Shown here piece by piece: positions 13,280 to 25,848 of a DNA stretch of 64,000 nucleotides. Positions within the stretch are counted from its first letter, which is position 1. Every line of letters starts with the position of its first letter. The stretch is taken from the NCBI GenBank assembly GCA_001244265.2, contig CDLV01000020.1, positions 124,001-188,000 on the forward strand, written 5' to 3'. This stretch comes from Microbotryum violaceum. Its lineage: Eukaryota. The notes below the pieces were generated by a model. It worked only from the letters and a program-made list of their open reading frames with translations, searched no databases and had not been told where the DNA came from. A program made the translations under genes and the position numbers.

Positions 13280-15297
13280 CTAGCGGGCTCGGAGGTTCAT
13301 TTTACCCAGGATTCCGGCGCCGTGGGAAGCTTTTTTGGGCATGTCTTGGGGTTGCTTGCTCGAAGGAGGAGGTGTCGATGGTTTGGTGGTTTTACCGCCG
13401 GCTTGAGCTTGGGGAGTATCGGACTTGCCGGTGGCGCCGCCTGACTCGAGTTCCTTCTTCGGGCGGTTCAGGTCCGTTACGATGGCGTCGTAGACTGTCG
13501 ACGAAAGGAGAGATGTATCAGTGGGCAGCACGCATCTTCGGATCGGCTGGGTGAAACCCACCAGTGTCGTCAAAGCCCTCTGAAGTGAAAACGGTGACTC
13601 CTTTGAGGCCGTTGTCACGAGCGAAGCCCTGTCAAAAAAAGGATCAAGCTGCAAAGTGTCAGAACACATGACCAATGAGATCCCATCCTCGACTTCGCAG
13701 GACATACGGCCTTGATTGAAGCACTCGCCGCATCCTCGTAAGCGATAAAGTGCTTGTTGGTAGGATTGAACAAGAATGGCGTCTGCGAGCATCCATCCAT
13801 GTACCTCGCATAACCCTTCAAACCCTTCGAGCCATCATGCGCAAGCAGACCCTCCTTGATCAAACTCGTGTAATGCCATTGGCCTGTGTAGTTGGCAGTA
13901 ACAACGCCGCAGCCGTCTGTGGTCGGTTCGTTGGAGTCGGCTGCCTCACCTTTGGGGATCGAGGAAAAGGATTGGTAAATGAGGGAAGAGTAGTTGAAGG
14001 TGCCGCCGTCGCCGTCGGTCATGTAGGTCTTTTCGAGTGTGGAAGACTTGAGTGTGAAGGAGATGGCGTAAGAGCTGTGGGAAAATGGGTAAATGAGATC
14101 AGATTTAGGGGTGCAGAGTTGCTGAACAAGTCCGATTGTCGAACTTACGGAATTGAGCTATTTCGGCATCCAGTTCGAGATGTGAAGAACGCGATTGAGT
14201 GTCGGGAACTCGAGGAGGGAGAGTTATTTGTAGGGCTTACATGAAGATCTTCTCGGCAGGGAAGCCCGACGAGGTCCAGTACTTGACAGCCGCAGTGACG
14301 CCTCCACCGGAAGCGCACGAGTGCATCGGCGAGAGCGGTCCCGTCTTGGACGACCAAGGACCCGTGTAGTCGTACGTCATGACATTGATGTGATCGAGCA
14401 CTGTCGCCCATTCCGAGTAGTCCTTAACGTGTTCCGTCCCGTTACCAGTGAGAAACCCCCCAGGGGGAGCAGCGATGGAAATGAGGTACCCCATCCCGAG
14501 CCACCCCCTGAGCGTCTTAAGGAACTTAAGGAAGTTATCGGTATCCTTTGGACTAACGGTATTGCACCCGATACCTTGTTGAGCAGGGTAAAGCCAGGAG
14601 ACATCGACGCCTTTGAATTCCTTGTAGTAGAGGTAGTTTTGCAGTTGCGAGGCGAGCTTGGTGCGGCCTTCGGGGGTCGAGAGTTGCTTGGAGAAGTAGA
14701 GCGAACCGTTCCAGCTGCCAAGCGTGACCATGGGCTTGGCGCCGTCTAGTTCGGTGAGGTGATGAGAATCGAGGCGGAGAGTTGGAGGAAAGCACGGGGA
14801 AGGTAAGATCTTTGGGTCAGCTCGAAGCCTTCGCTACAAAATGCACCCGCCGAATCGTTGATCGCCGCCGTCCGACCCAAGGCTCAGGAGGTAGGACTGA
14901 CTGGCATAAGCTTGTGACGTGAACTTCTTGATCCCATCGAGGGGTTGATTCGGCCCAATCTCGAACCCATCCTTGGTCGTGATGTCGACAAAGTACATGG
15001 CCAGCTTGGTCTGGTTCCATGCGACGGTTGCTCCTTCGGTGTAACTGCTCGCCGATGAAGTTAAGACAAAAGCACCGCAAGCGCCGGCACGCTCAGCTTG
15101 CGAAAAACAAACGTCCAGGCTGTTACGAGCGTCACGGAAGAGAGTGTACGGTACTACACGCAACAAAGTCGTGGTACTCACGCTGGGAAGTATGACGAGA
15201 GCATAGGTGCCGTTGTTGCTGCTTGTGTTGCTGCGACCTGCAAGAGGCTCGACAGCGTCGCGGCGGCGACCACGAGCGTGGACAAGGGGGTCATCAT
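13280..15297 (-). CDS. Secreted glycoside hydrolase family 18 chitinase-like protein with a degenerate catalytic motif
   Basis: Signal-peptide-like start MMTPLSTLVVAAATLSSLLQVAA. GH18 barrel motifs VTLGSWNGS, FKGVDVSWLYP, LDHINVMTYDYTGPW, SQTPFLFNP, FIAYEDAAS and ARDNGLKGVTVF. Exons are joined across GT-AG introns; low-complexity C-terminal tail ends at 13280. Confidence 0.88.
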
Positions 15298-16236
15298 CGT
15301 ATCGAAGTGTCGCGCTTGTGGAGAGTGAGTGGCGTTTGAATGTGCAGGTCAAAGACTGTGGTGGCAACACAAAGGTATCAGATGAGATAGGACAAGAGTG
15401 AAGCAGTATTGGACGGACTGACCGAATCCAGCGTCTACCTAAATAGTCGTGATGGTGTTTCAGAGCGGTGCGTTCGTCAAAGGACAAGGCCAGAGGGGGT
15501 CCGCCTTGAACAGGAGATGGTTGCACAACTGCACAAGCGCGCGCGCGTCACTCGACTTTTGCTGCCGCCGGTCGGCAGTCGGCAGTCGGGTCTTGGGCAC
15601 AGCGACGGCCGGTTCTTCGAAAACAGGGAGGTGCCAACAGGAGACCGCATGGGCCAAGAATTGAGCTATTCTGGTTGCGTCTCTGCGTCCGTCTCTCGTT
15701 TCGTTGATCGCCGGCGGGGCCTCAGCTCGTGTGTCACAGTTTGCACACGGTGGTGCTACGCGACGATCAGCATATCAGCAGGCGACGGGTGTCTCAGCGT
15801 ACTCCTTGTCCTTGTCCGAGATTCGCGGCACAGGCTGGCGCACGAAAACTCTCGTGTGAAATTGTCTCAGCAACGTCACCAGGTTCTTACCTCGTACTAC
15901 CGCGAGTTGAAATAGACCTGAATTTTGGCTTTGGAGATGACTATCAATGTAATGCCAAATCGGGCCGGTCTTCATTTGCGCGCTCGCGGCCGGCGCGAGA
16001 TCATGGCTGGGAAAGTGGCAGAGAGCACCGAGCACCTGGCCGGAGGGGCTGGAGCAGTCGAGAAACGCCACGTATTAGGGTCCGTCGGAGTGGTCGGCTC
16101 GCTTTCGCGGTAGGCAGCAGGCAGTGAGTTACTAGTAGCTCGACCCCGAATCGGCTTCGTTCCACTACCACACTCGTCTCTGCTCCATCCTTCGCACTTG
16201 GTGCAGCATCCCACCTACCCACGCACAGCTCCAGTC

Positions 16237-18453
16237 ATGTCGGAAAGCAAAGCCGACTACACGCTCGCGATGAACAACGATGGCGAGATCGGGACCGACA
16301 CCAAGCCCCAGCACGACCTCGAGTCGTCGCTTCCGCTGCTCGATCGGGCCTCCAGACCCACCGCCGCGCCGCCGCCGCCTCCGAGCCGGCGGAGCTCAGA
16401 AATGCAGTACCGCTCGGCGACGGATCGGATCCTGAACCACTCGGCACTGCCCGTATTTTCTTGTGAGCTGGGGCAGAGGGGAGTCAGAGTAGGGGAAGGA
16501 GAAACGCTATCCGAGCTGATGTGCGCTCTACTTGTGGCACAGACTGCGTGGCGAGCATCCTCATGACGGTCAGTCACGGACCGGCCGACGCTGGGACAGG
16601 CAAACCAAACCATCCAGCCAGCCAGCCGCATCATCGGAGTTTCCTCTGACCTCGGATCGGCGTCCTCATCAGGCGGGCTGGCCTAGCTGCGAAAGATGCT
16701 GATGCGGTGAACTGACTCATGTCGCGGTACGCTCCTCATATCCCACCAGGTCGTCAACAGTAAGTGCTTCTTTCCGGACCCGCTACAGACCACGTACCCC
16801 CGGGACCAGCCATTGACTGCCTCGAACACGCTCATCAATCACAGAGTACGTCGTTTCGGGCAGCCACTTCAACATGAACTTTCTCCTGCTCGCCATACAG
16901 GTGAGTCCTCGACATTTCTCCCATCCGTATCCATTCAACTGACTGGAATATCTCCTTTCTAAAGAGTACGGTCTGTGTCGGTTGCGTAGCAGCGTGCAAG
17001 CATTTCGACGTAAGAAGCTCTCTCCGCTAGCCACTCGGAGCGACCACAGTCTGATCTCAACGAGGCCCCGTCCCGTACGCGCCACAGGTAATTTCATACC
17101 GTGACTGGGATACAAATGATGCACGGAAATGGTTTCCCATCTCGTTCCTCCTCGTCTGTGTCATCTACACCGGATCCAAAAGTCTCGTTAGTCGGCCCCC
17201 AAAATCTCGATTTCCATTCTTCACACTTCTCGAGGCTGATCTTGTTTCATGATGTCGTTTTTCCAACCAGCAATTCCTCACTATCCCAATCTACACTATC
17301 TTCAAAAACCTGACAATGTGAGCTGTTTCCCGCCCGATCGATAGCTCACGCCTGTCGTACGTGCTCACAGTCCGAAATTAAACTTGACAGAGTCATCATC
17401 GCATATGGAGAGGTTTTGTGGTTTGGAGGACACGTCACAGGGTTAACGCTCATTTCGTTCGCACTGATGGTACGTGTCTCCCAATGTTTTGCAATTATTT
17501 CTTCCGAAAGCTCACTCTCGCACCCGTCTCTCAAAAAAGGTCGTCTCGTCCCTCGTTGCGGCTTCATCCGACATCGCCAACTTCCTTTCCGGTACACCGA
17601 TCGTCACAAAAGCGGGAGGAGCTTCGTCGGCAGGCTACTTGTGGATGTTTGCGAACTGCTTCGTGTCTGCTGGGTTCGTGCTCGCGATGAGGAAGCGGAT
17701 CAAGATCACCAATTTCAGGTCCGTACTTGGTCGTCGCGGTCCGAGCGGAGAGTAATCTTTACTTTTCGGGTATGATCTTGTTCGTGCAGTGATTGGGACA
17801 CGTTGCGGTACAATAACTTGTTGTCGATCCCCGTGCTCGCCTTCTTCTCTCTTCTCGTCGAGGATTGGTCCAGCGAATCGCTCGCAGCCAACTTGTGCGT
17901 CCCTTTGGCAGCCCATGGATTCTCATAACCAAACCATCTTCAGACTCACCCGAATGTGTTGCCGGGGTTTTTTTTTGCACAGCCCCGAAGAGAACCGCTT
18001 CGCCCTCCTCTCCCTCATGGCCTTCTCCGGAGCCGCGGCCGTAGGGATCTCCTTCTGCACGGCCTGGGTCATCCGGACGACAAGTTCGACGACGTTCTCC
18101 ATGGTCGGCGCATTGAACAAGCTGCCCGTCGCGGCGAGTGGGATCTTGTTCTTTGGGGGTAGGTCCTATGGCGGTGGAGTGAAAGAGAGGGAGGGGAACT
18201 GACATCTGAGTTTTCGTGGATACTCGTAGATGCTGCGACGGTCGCGAATGTGGTAGGAATTTTATTGGGTTTCGTTGCTGGACTAGTCTGTGAGCTTGTC
18301 GTCATGGTCCACCCAAGAAGGGCACTTCAGGGGAGGAAACGGCATCTGACAAACCCTCTCATATTCTGGCTCCTCATAGACGCGGCGGCAAAGAGTGCGC
18401 AAAAGGCTGCTCGTGAGTTTCAATCTCCTACGCTATCGGGTCTACATAAGTAA
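16237..18453 (+). CDS. VRG4: Golgi GDP-mannose transporter (VRG4/GMT1 family), many short exons
   Basis: The spliced product contains [54 protein letters not shown] and [21 protein letters not shown], which includes the GALNK motif diagnostic of GDP-mannose transporters. Confidence 0.93.
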
Positions 18454-19200
18454 CTTGAAGCTGAAGGAGGCCCATGTTTTGTTTTATCGCACAGAATCGG
18501 GTGCTGGGCCATCACGGTGATCTATCGTTACGCGAGCCCACCTTCTGTCACCAGGTCCTCGGCCATTCATTCGCATTCGATTACCGAGAGGCATTGTCGA
18601 GCTCGTCCCAGATCTAGGCTCAAGCTCCCAAGCGACAGCCTAAGCTTACTACACATCGAAGGGGACAACAAGCAAACCAGAGCGGAATGCTCCTCCCTTT
18701 TTCGAACTGTACAGTATTATAGAAGTTGTAACGTTGGTTACCCCCTTTGAGGCTTCGTTTTTGAAATTCTGTAACATGAATGATGACGACAAATGTTGCT
18801 CGGATAGGAGGAAGGAAAGAGTTGAGGAACGATGCGGCGAAGTTCTCGGTCGGGGACGGGCAACGTCAAGTGCCCGAGCAGCCGTGCCCCAAAAACTTGC
18901 CCTCCACCCTAAGGACGAGTTGCGCCGTGATTCTGGCGGCTCTTATTGCTCTTCTTCTTTCTGATCTACCATCCCTATACATAACCTGAAAATCGGGTGC
19001 CGAGGCCGAGACTCGAGTCGACCCACTCGGGCTCTTCAAACTTCAAGATTTGCTCGAGCACCCGTCACGTTGGAGATCTCATCTTCAAGAACTTGGCAGA
19101 GGTTCATGATTCGGTTTATTATTATTTTGTTACAACAACATTTTCTTCATATGCCAGCCTATCTTGGAGAGCAATCTCTTCAATCCCCAGTAAGTAACAA

Positions 19201-20427
19201 TTAGTTTACCCTCTCATCCACCCTCATCCACCCCACAGCCCTCCTCAATCTACTCACGACCTCCTCACTCTGATAGACCAATACGGGACCCAACACGTCG
19301 ACGACTCCGATATCCGGCCAGTTCGGTTCGATGAAATGCAGTACGGTGTCCTCGTTCGATTGGTAGAGGAGGAAATCGGACAGACGGGAGACGGCCGAGG
19401 TGCGTAAGAGTATGTCGACCGGGGGTGAATGGGAGGTGTAGAGGTGCGAGGAGAGGGATTCGTCGGTGATTTCACTGGAGGTAACAGGTGGTCTGATGAG
19501 CATGCAATAACGGTTTTTTTGTTGGATCTAGAGTGCATGAGAAAGATGAACGTACGAGGGAGGAAGACGAGAGGCTCGCTTGATCGAGGTGAGCATCTCC
19601 TCTTGGGACGTGTAGGGACAGCAAAAGTTTAGGACGCCTCTGTGGGTCGACGAAATAGAGTTTTTAGTTGACCTACGCCGGCTACCTGACTTGGCAAAGC
19701 CGAACCAAGACGAACTTTGTGTTGTGCTGGGTCAATTCCTCGGCTTTGGAACAAGCGATTTGCACGTCTTCGGGTAAAAGATCGCGTCGCCCCAAAATCC
19801 TGATTTGTACGCCATGTCGGTCCAACAGTGCTCTAGTAAGGTCAAGGATCCATCAGTCCCGCGCTCCACACCAAAAAATGATTCGATCACTGACCCTTTT
19901 TGACAAATTTCGACCAATCGTTCCCTGGCCATATCCATCAGCGCATCGACCTCGTCGGGAGGCCGATTAAAGTTTTCGATCGAGAACGCATAAACGGTGA
20001 CGTTGCAGATCCCCAACTTGAGCAAGAAGCTAAGGACCCTCTTCAACGCCTCAAAGCCTTCTTGATGTCCTACTTGGACGGGGAGCGAGCGCAGGCGGGC
20101 TGAACGTCGGTTACCGTCCATGATGAAGGCGATGTGAGGCGGGAGAGGGCCGAGTCGGAGCGAGTGGATCAAGAGCGTGCGCAAAGGTCCGTGCAATACT
20201 TCGGGGATCAGGGAGAGGAAGGAGCTCGTCGAGAAGCGGAAGGGGAGTGGTACATCTTGGGGTTCCGCCAGCGTGGGGTCGAGCGGGTGCGAGTCCATTG
20301 CTTGCTGGTGGACGGCTACGTTGCAGTCGTCGCGGTCGTCAGCGTCAGAGTCGACGTGGTCGTCGTTGCGTTTGTGCTTGGCCTGTGGTGGGTTCTTGGC
20401 GTTGCTACTCCGCGTAAATGGCCACAT
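19201..20427 (-). CDS. RER2: cis-prenyltransferase / dehydrodolichyl diphosphate synthase catalytic subunit
   Basis: Motifs PPHIAFIMDGNRR, VTVYAFSIENFNRP, DILLRTSAVSRLSDFLLYQ (RTSA where RTSG is usual) and NWPD. ATG of MWPFTRSS at 20427. Confidence 0.92.
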
Positions 20428-20713
20428 GGTTAACCAAAGACAAGCTTGCCCGTGAGACTGAGAGGGCCGGGAAATTCCTTCCGACCAGCTCCTATCGGTC
20501 GGCGGTCGGTGGCCCAGCGCTGTTTCTGGGCAGAGGGAGAGCACGCCGCGGTGACTCGCAGCAGCCGACGTCGCAGCCGAGTCTCGTTCGCAATCGTCGT
20601 CATTTCCTAAGCCCGAAGCTCGCGCGCGATCGTTTCTTGGCCCACGCCTTCCTCAGCCTCGCCCTCACCTTTTCTGCCCACTCTCACTCGACCACGCAAC
20701 CCCTTGACGAACC

Positions 20714-21560
20714 ATGTCCAACGCCATTGACAATCTCATCGACGGAGGCTCGATCGGCGCTCTCGGTGGCTCCGGCCGCATCCCCGCTTCCTTTGACGCC
20801 AACCAAGCCGACAATGACGAAAAGGTATGCAACGACTCGAAACGAGTCCGAACTCGACTCTTAAGAACGTGCTCCTCCCAACGACTAACACCTTCGTGTT
20901 CCCCAACAGATTGAACAGCAGTTCGCGGTCGCTTGCTTCGAACAGGCCGAGACTTATATGGGCTTGATCAGTACCATCAAGGGCAGCTCGCTCAAGAGGC
21001 TCACACAGTACGCTCCTTTCTACTACGCGGGACGATCCGCTGACCTGGCCAAGTTGGACCTCGAGAGTCAGTGATTGGAGTTGGGTCCTCTCAGAAACTA
21101 ACGTTTCGTCCGTTTCACCAGACACGACGACGAGATCTACGACGAGTTCGTCAAGCACTTCCCCGAACTGCAATCCGACGCCCGGCTCTCCAAACTTTCT
21201 GAAAACGAACTCAAGTCGGCCGAGGGTAAACGCCGCTGGAGGGAGTTCATGATGCCCTTCGAGAAGAAGGTCGACGACTACAACTTTGGGACTTTGATTC
21301 GTGCCGACGTCAACGAGGACTATACCGAAAGCAACTCCATCTTTGGTGAGCTTCGTTCCCTTGTTCGTTCCGTTCGAACCGTGTGTGGCTGTACACACAG
21401 CCCACGCCCCCCTGCGAAAGTACTGATTGACGATCATCTTGAATTTTCCATCTCAGGCTATCGAACACAGTTCTACGCCATCGAAATCGCCAGGAACCGA
21501 AGGGGCCTCAACGACCCCATCTGGGAGAAGGCCCAAGCTGGCAAGGAGAGCCAAGCTTGA
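20714..21560 (+). CDS. PBDC1: PBDC1 / YPL225W-like protein (Polysacc_synt_4 family)
   Basis: Spliced segments IEQQFAVACFEQAETYMGL, HDDEIYDEFVKHFPE, LKSAEGKRRWREFMMPFEKKVDDYNFGTLIR and RTQFYAIEIARNRRGLND match this family. Confidence 0.88.
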
Positions 21561-21918
21561 AAGGCCGAACCGATCGTTACATCGTCAACAACGCAGCTTA
21601 CATAGGTTTCTAGAGCTTCCCCCTTCCGTATAAGTTTAACCTTTCCCAGTGTACATGATAAACAATAAACTCGTAGCACCGTTCCTCAGTCTACCCACTC
21701 AATTGATCTTCTTCTCGAGCCGTACAGTCCTCATCGCCGCATCCTGTATATTTCGTTTGAAGAGAAAGTATCCGTTTTTGTTCTACATTCAGGAATATTC
21801 AAGGAAACATATTGCTCGGGGGCAAAAGAGAAAAATGGGAAGAGTAGGAGACGGGGAAATCATTGGCCCACGCAAATATAGGGGCAGCGCACACAAGAGA
21901 GCAAAGACGCAATAGTGT

Positions 21919-24900
21919 CTACTCGGCGTTCAACATGGACGCGTCGAGGCCTAGCGAATGCAAGAGGAGGTTGACGTTGCGCTGTTGGAATGAAGGAACG
22001 CAAGAGAAGTGATCAGTGATCCGTCCGACCGAGCCCAGGCCTAGACTCCCAGCGGAAAACTTACAATCTTGAGTGCCGCGACCTCTGGCGCGATCCTCGC
22101 CTTCTTCGCACTCGTGACATTCTCCAATACCTTTTCTCTCACACTCGATACCAACGTCTCTTGTTCATTCGCTTCGGCACATACGGCGAGGGCAGCGAGC
22201 AACCTCCAAACCGGTTCGTCGTCGAAATCAATCTCGGGGCGGATCGTGTTGAGGTGACCTGGGCCGCTCGCTTGAGCGGTGTTGGACAAGTACGCGGCTG
22301 CTCCGAAGGGAAGGGTCGAGATGGCCCTTGTCGAAGGGAACAAACGGGGCAATTGTTGTACCAACGAATTGAACAAGTGATCAAAGGTCCTTTGCCAACC
22401 TTTCAAATCTTGTGCGTCCGGTGCAGGGGTCGCTTGCTTGATCGATTCGGCGCGCGAGAGGAAGATGGTCAAAAACGCCAGCCCGGGTTTGGATTGCACG
22501 ACCTTGGAGAAGTCGTTACGTTCCATCAACAAACCCAACATACCCGTGACCATGCGAAGAGGGGCTTGGCCGATCACAGCCATGACGGGTGCGAGGAACG
22601 CGTTGAGGAACGCCTCGGTCTTGGTCTCTACAACTGCGCGACGTTGCTTCCCTTCGATCGAACCTGCGCCGCTCGTTTCGTCGAGCGAATCAAGGATTGG
22701 AGCGTCCTGGACCGTGTCGAGCGTATCAAAGGTCGCAACCATCAAGGTCAACAAAGTCAAGGTCTGTTCAGGCGAGAGATGCCTCAAGGCACGTGGTAGG
22801 ATGCGTTTGCCCTTGAGTACCGAGATGAGCGCGATGAACGGGTGAGGCGTGCATCGGTCCAAGGGTTCCATCACCCTCAATTCGGTCCACAATTTGTTCG
22901 CAAGCTGATCGTACTTCTGCGTCCATTCATCGACGGCGTTTTGACCCTCGACTACGTGCTGCTCGAGGTTCGCCTGCACCTCTTCCGAGGCATTGGCGGC
23001 CACGGCTGAAGCGTGGTGGTCTTTGGCCGCGGCGGCGACGCCAAGCAATTGAGGTTGGATGCGACGGAGCTGCTCGAGGTCGAGCACGGCGTCGTAGACC
23101 TTTTCCAGGATCGCCAAGACCGAACGATGCGAAAGGGGCTTCCCATCATCGGCCGAAGTCGCGTTCGCGGTCTCGCTAGATTGTGTGACCAATCCTTCCA
23201 ACAAGTGCGACCCAGTCGACGGCTTCGAGTCCTTATCCTCGGCCGAGCCTTTCTTGGACGAGCCATTTGCCCCCGCCGCATCAGGCTTGACTTGCAACAT
23301 CTGGCGCGGCGCACTTCGAGTCCTCAACGCGATCTTGCCAAGCGCGCCATCGAGACTGAGCTGACCGGACTTGTTGCGTTGTTTGGCGCTGTCGACAAGA
23401 CGCTGGACGTTTTGCGCCATACGGTTCATCGCGTTCTCGCGGCGGGTCGGTCGGCGGTTGTTGTTCGCGTTGGCCCCTGGGCCGTTACGACCTCCTGGTC
23501 CTCCGGGTCCCATACCCAAAGGAGGGAAGGGGACCGTACCATGTGCAGCACCGGCGGCGAGCGCGGCCTGGTGGCGCGACATCTTGATGGCGGCCATGAT
23601 ATGAAAGTAGAAATCATCGGCGTAGGGATCGTCGGTGACGAGTTGCGAGACCTGGATGCGCGTGATAAAGTCCTTGTCCGAGTTGGACATGAGATTGTTG
23701 TGCTTGGCCTGGATGAAAGGGTTCAATCAGTCAGCCGCTATCGAAACCGGAAACAGCGTCCACCCAAATCGTTGGGACTTACCATAGCAGCAATCTTCAT
23801 TGCTTTCCGCTTCCTCTTTTGCTCCAACATCTCATGCTCCAAGATTCTCTGCTCGACGACCTTGATGAGGTCCTCCCCAGCCTTTTTCTTCAGCTCTTCG
23901 TCCCCTTCGACCGTGTCACCCTTCTCACCCACAGGGGCAGCAGCAGTCTCGGTGTTGGCCTGGCTATGAGCTTGTTGCAACAGCGACTGCAGTTGCGCGC
24001 TCGTCAAGGACGGGTGTTGGGCGTGCTGGTTCATGGTCAAGAACTGCAGCTGTTGCTCGACGAGGGCGAGGCCACCGGCTTGCGAGGGCAAAGGAGGGAA
24101 GAGAGTGTTCATCATCGGCGGTGCACCGGGAGGGCCTTGGAACGGTGTACCCGCGCCTCGTGGGGGCAACATTTGCGCTGGCAGGCTCGGCGATTGACCT
24201 GGACCGAGCATGTGTGGCGGTGGCATTGGCATCCCGGGACCGAAGGGAGGGGTCGGTCGTCCGAACTGCTGAGGCGGGAACAAACCCGGGGGGCCAGCGT
24301 GAGCGAAGCCGGGTTGTTGGCCAAAAGGAGGGAAAGTAAGGGCCGCTCCGGCACCAAAGAAGGGTTGTTGTTGGCCTTGTTGTTGCTGGGCAGGAAGCCC
24401 TGCTGGCGGAGCTGGAGTCGGTGCGGCGCCAAGTGGGGGAACCTCGGACTGGGGCGCTGCGGATGGTTGTTGGACCTGGGGAGCAGCACTTGCACCGGCA
24501 CGAGCTTTGCGCAACATCTCGGCCTCGAGTTCCTCCAACGTCAACGGCTTGGATGAGGGTGGAGCGGGGGCCGGAGCAGGGGGGCCAGCCGAGCGAGCCT
24601 GGTTGCGCATCTCGGCTTCGATCTCGTCCAAGGTCCTCACGTTGGACGGGTGCTGCGTCGCGGAAGCTACTTGTTGGTAGCTCATGGGTGGTGCGGGAGG
24701 CCGGTAGGACGAGGCACCAGAAAGCAAAGGATCGGCGTCGAGCGAGTTCCAAGCCGACGACGGAGGCGCGGCGGCGAACGATTTTGACGCTTGGGCCGGT
24801 CCCGACACCCATGAGTTGTCGAGCTTTTGCAAAAGCTTGTCGTTCGCGAGCATGCGAGACGTGTTGCCTGCAAAGTCGAAGTCGCGACCTGCAGCATTCC

Positions 24901-25204
24901 GGGAAATGCGGGCGGGGTCAGCTCGATCGGATGGAAGGCGTGGGGCCGCACGGGAGCAGGACATGCGCCTTTGTGCTAGCCCGCTGAAGCCACACTGGGC
25001 GGTGGTTCCGTACTCACCGACCGACGCAAATGTATCATTGTCGGCGGTCTCGCCAGCTCCCAGACCAAAGGTCTCGTCGTTGAGGTCGTTCATGCCTTCG
25101 TCGAGCAGTCCACCGAGGTCATGGTCGTCGCCGAGCGAGTCGAACGAGTACACGGCGACATCCTCTGCCAGCCCATAGCTGTCAAGTGCGCCGCCGTAGC
25201 TCAT
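21919..25204 (-). CDS. PAT1: mRNA decapping activator / topoisomerase II-associated protein Pat1
   Basis: N-terminal DLNDETFG and RDFDF motifs; Pro/Gln-rich middle; HNNLMSNSDKDFITRIQVSQLVTDDPYADDFYF and LDGALGKI; C-terminal RNVNLLLHSLGLDASML with stop at 21919-21921. Confidence 0.93.
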
Positions 25205-25848
25205 TGTGGTTGTTCTTCAGTCGACTGTAGTCTGAATATACGAGTGCGACGTCGTTCAAGTGCGATGAGGACGAGCGTCGGTGGAGGGGGCAGAGCAAGA
25301 ACCAGGCCAGGCGGCGTGTGTGTGTCATGTCAGAGACATTGAGAATCGGGACCGTGTCAGCATTCAAAATACATTGGGCTACCATGAGGTCGTCGCTTGC
25401 TCACACTTTGGAAAGCTGTTGCCTGTTGTCGTCGATGCGCACTGTGAGGACCGGCTTGGTCGCGGGGAAGGAGGAGCGCGCGCGGACCAGCTGTATGGCC
25501 AGCTGACCGGCGAGTTGTTCTTACGCTGGTAATGAGTACCGCTGGTTCTAATGACCAATTGTGGCACACGCGCTCCGACGCACGGACGCAGCTCGCGCGC
25601 GCGTACCCTATTCATTCATTTCCACAACGACGCCGCCGCCGACTCCGACTCGTACCCTCGGCAGCGCCTCCGTGCGACCGGGCAGTGCGACCAACATCTA
25701 TACATCGTCTCGGCCCGGCTCAGGTACCGCTCTCGGGCCTTCAGCGCCCTTAGCGCCTTGGACTTCTGCCTCATCCTTCGCTCTTGCAACACCCCACCCA
25801 CCCACCACTGTCCCATCGACCATAGCCAGGACAGTTCCACTGCACACC

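Noticed and set aside
18994-19064. 71-nt segment closed by CGGGTGC/GCACCCG, tRNA-sized
   Set aside because: No T-loop (TTCRA) or D-loop consensus, and no cloverleaf could be built on either strand.
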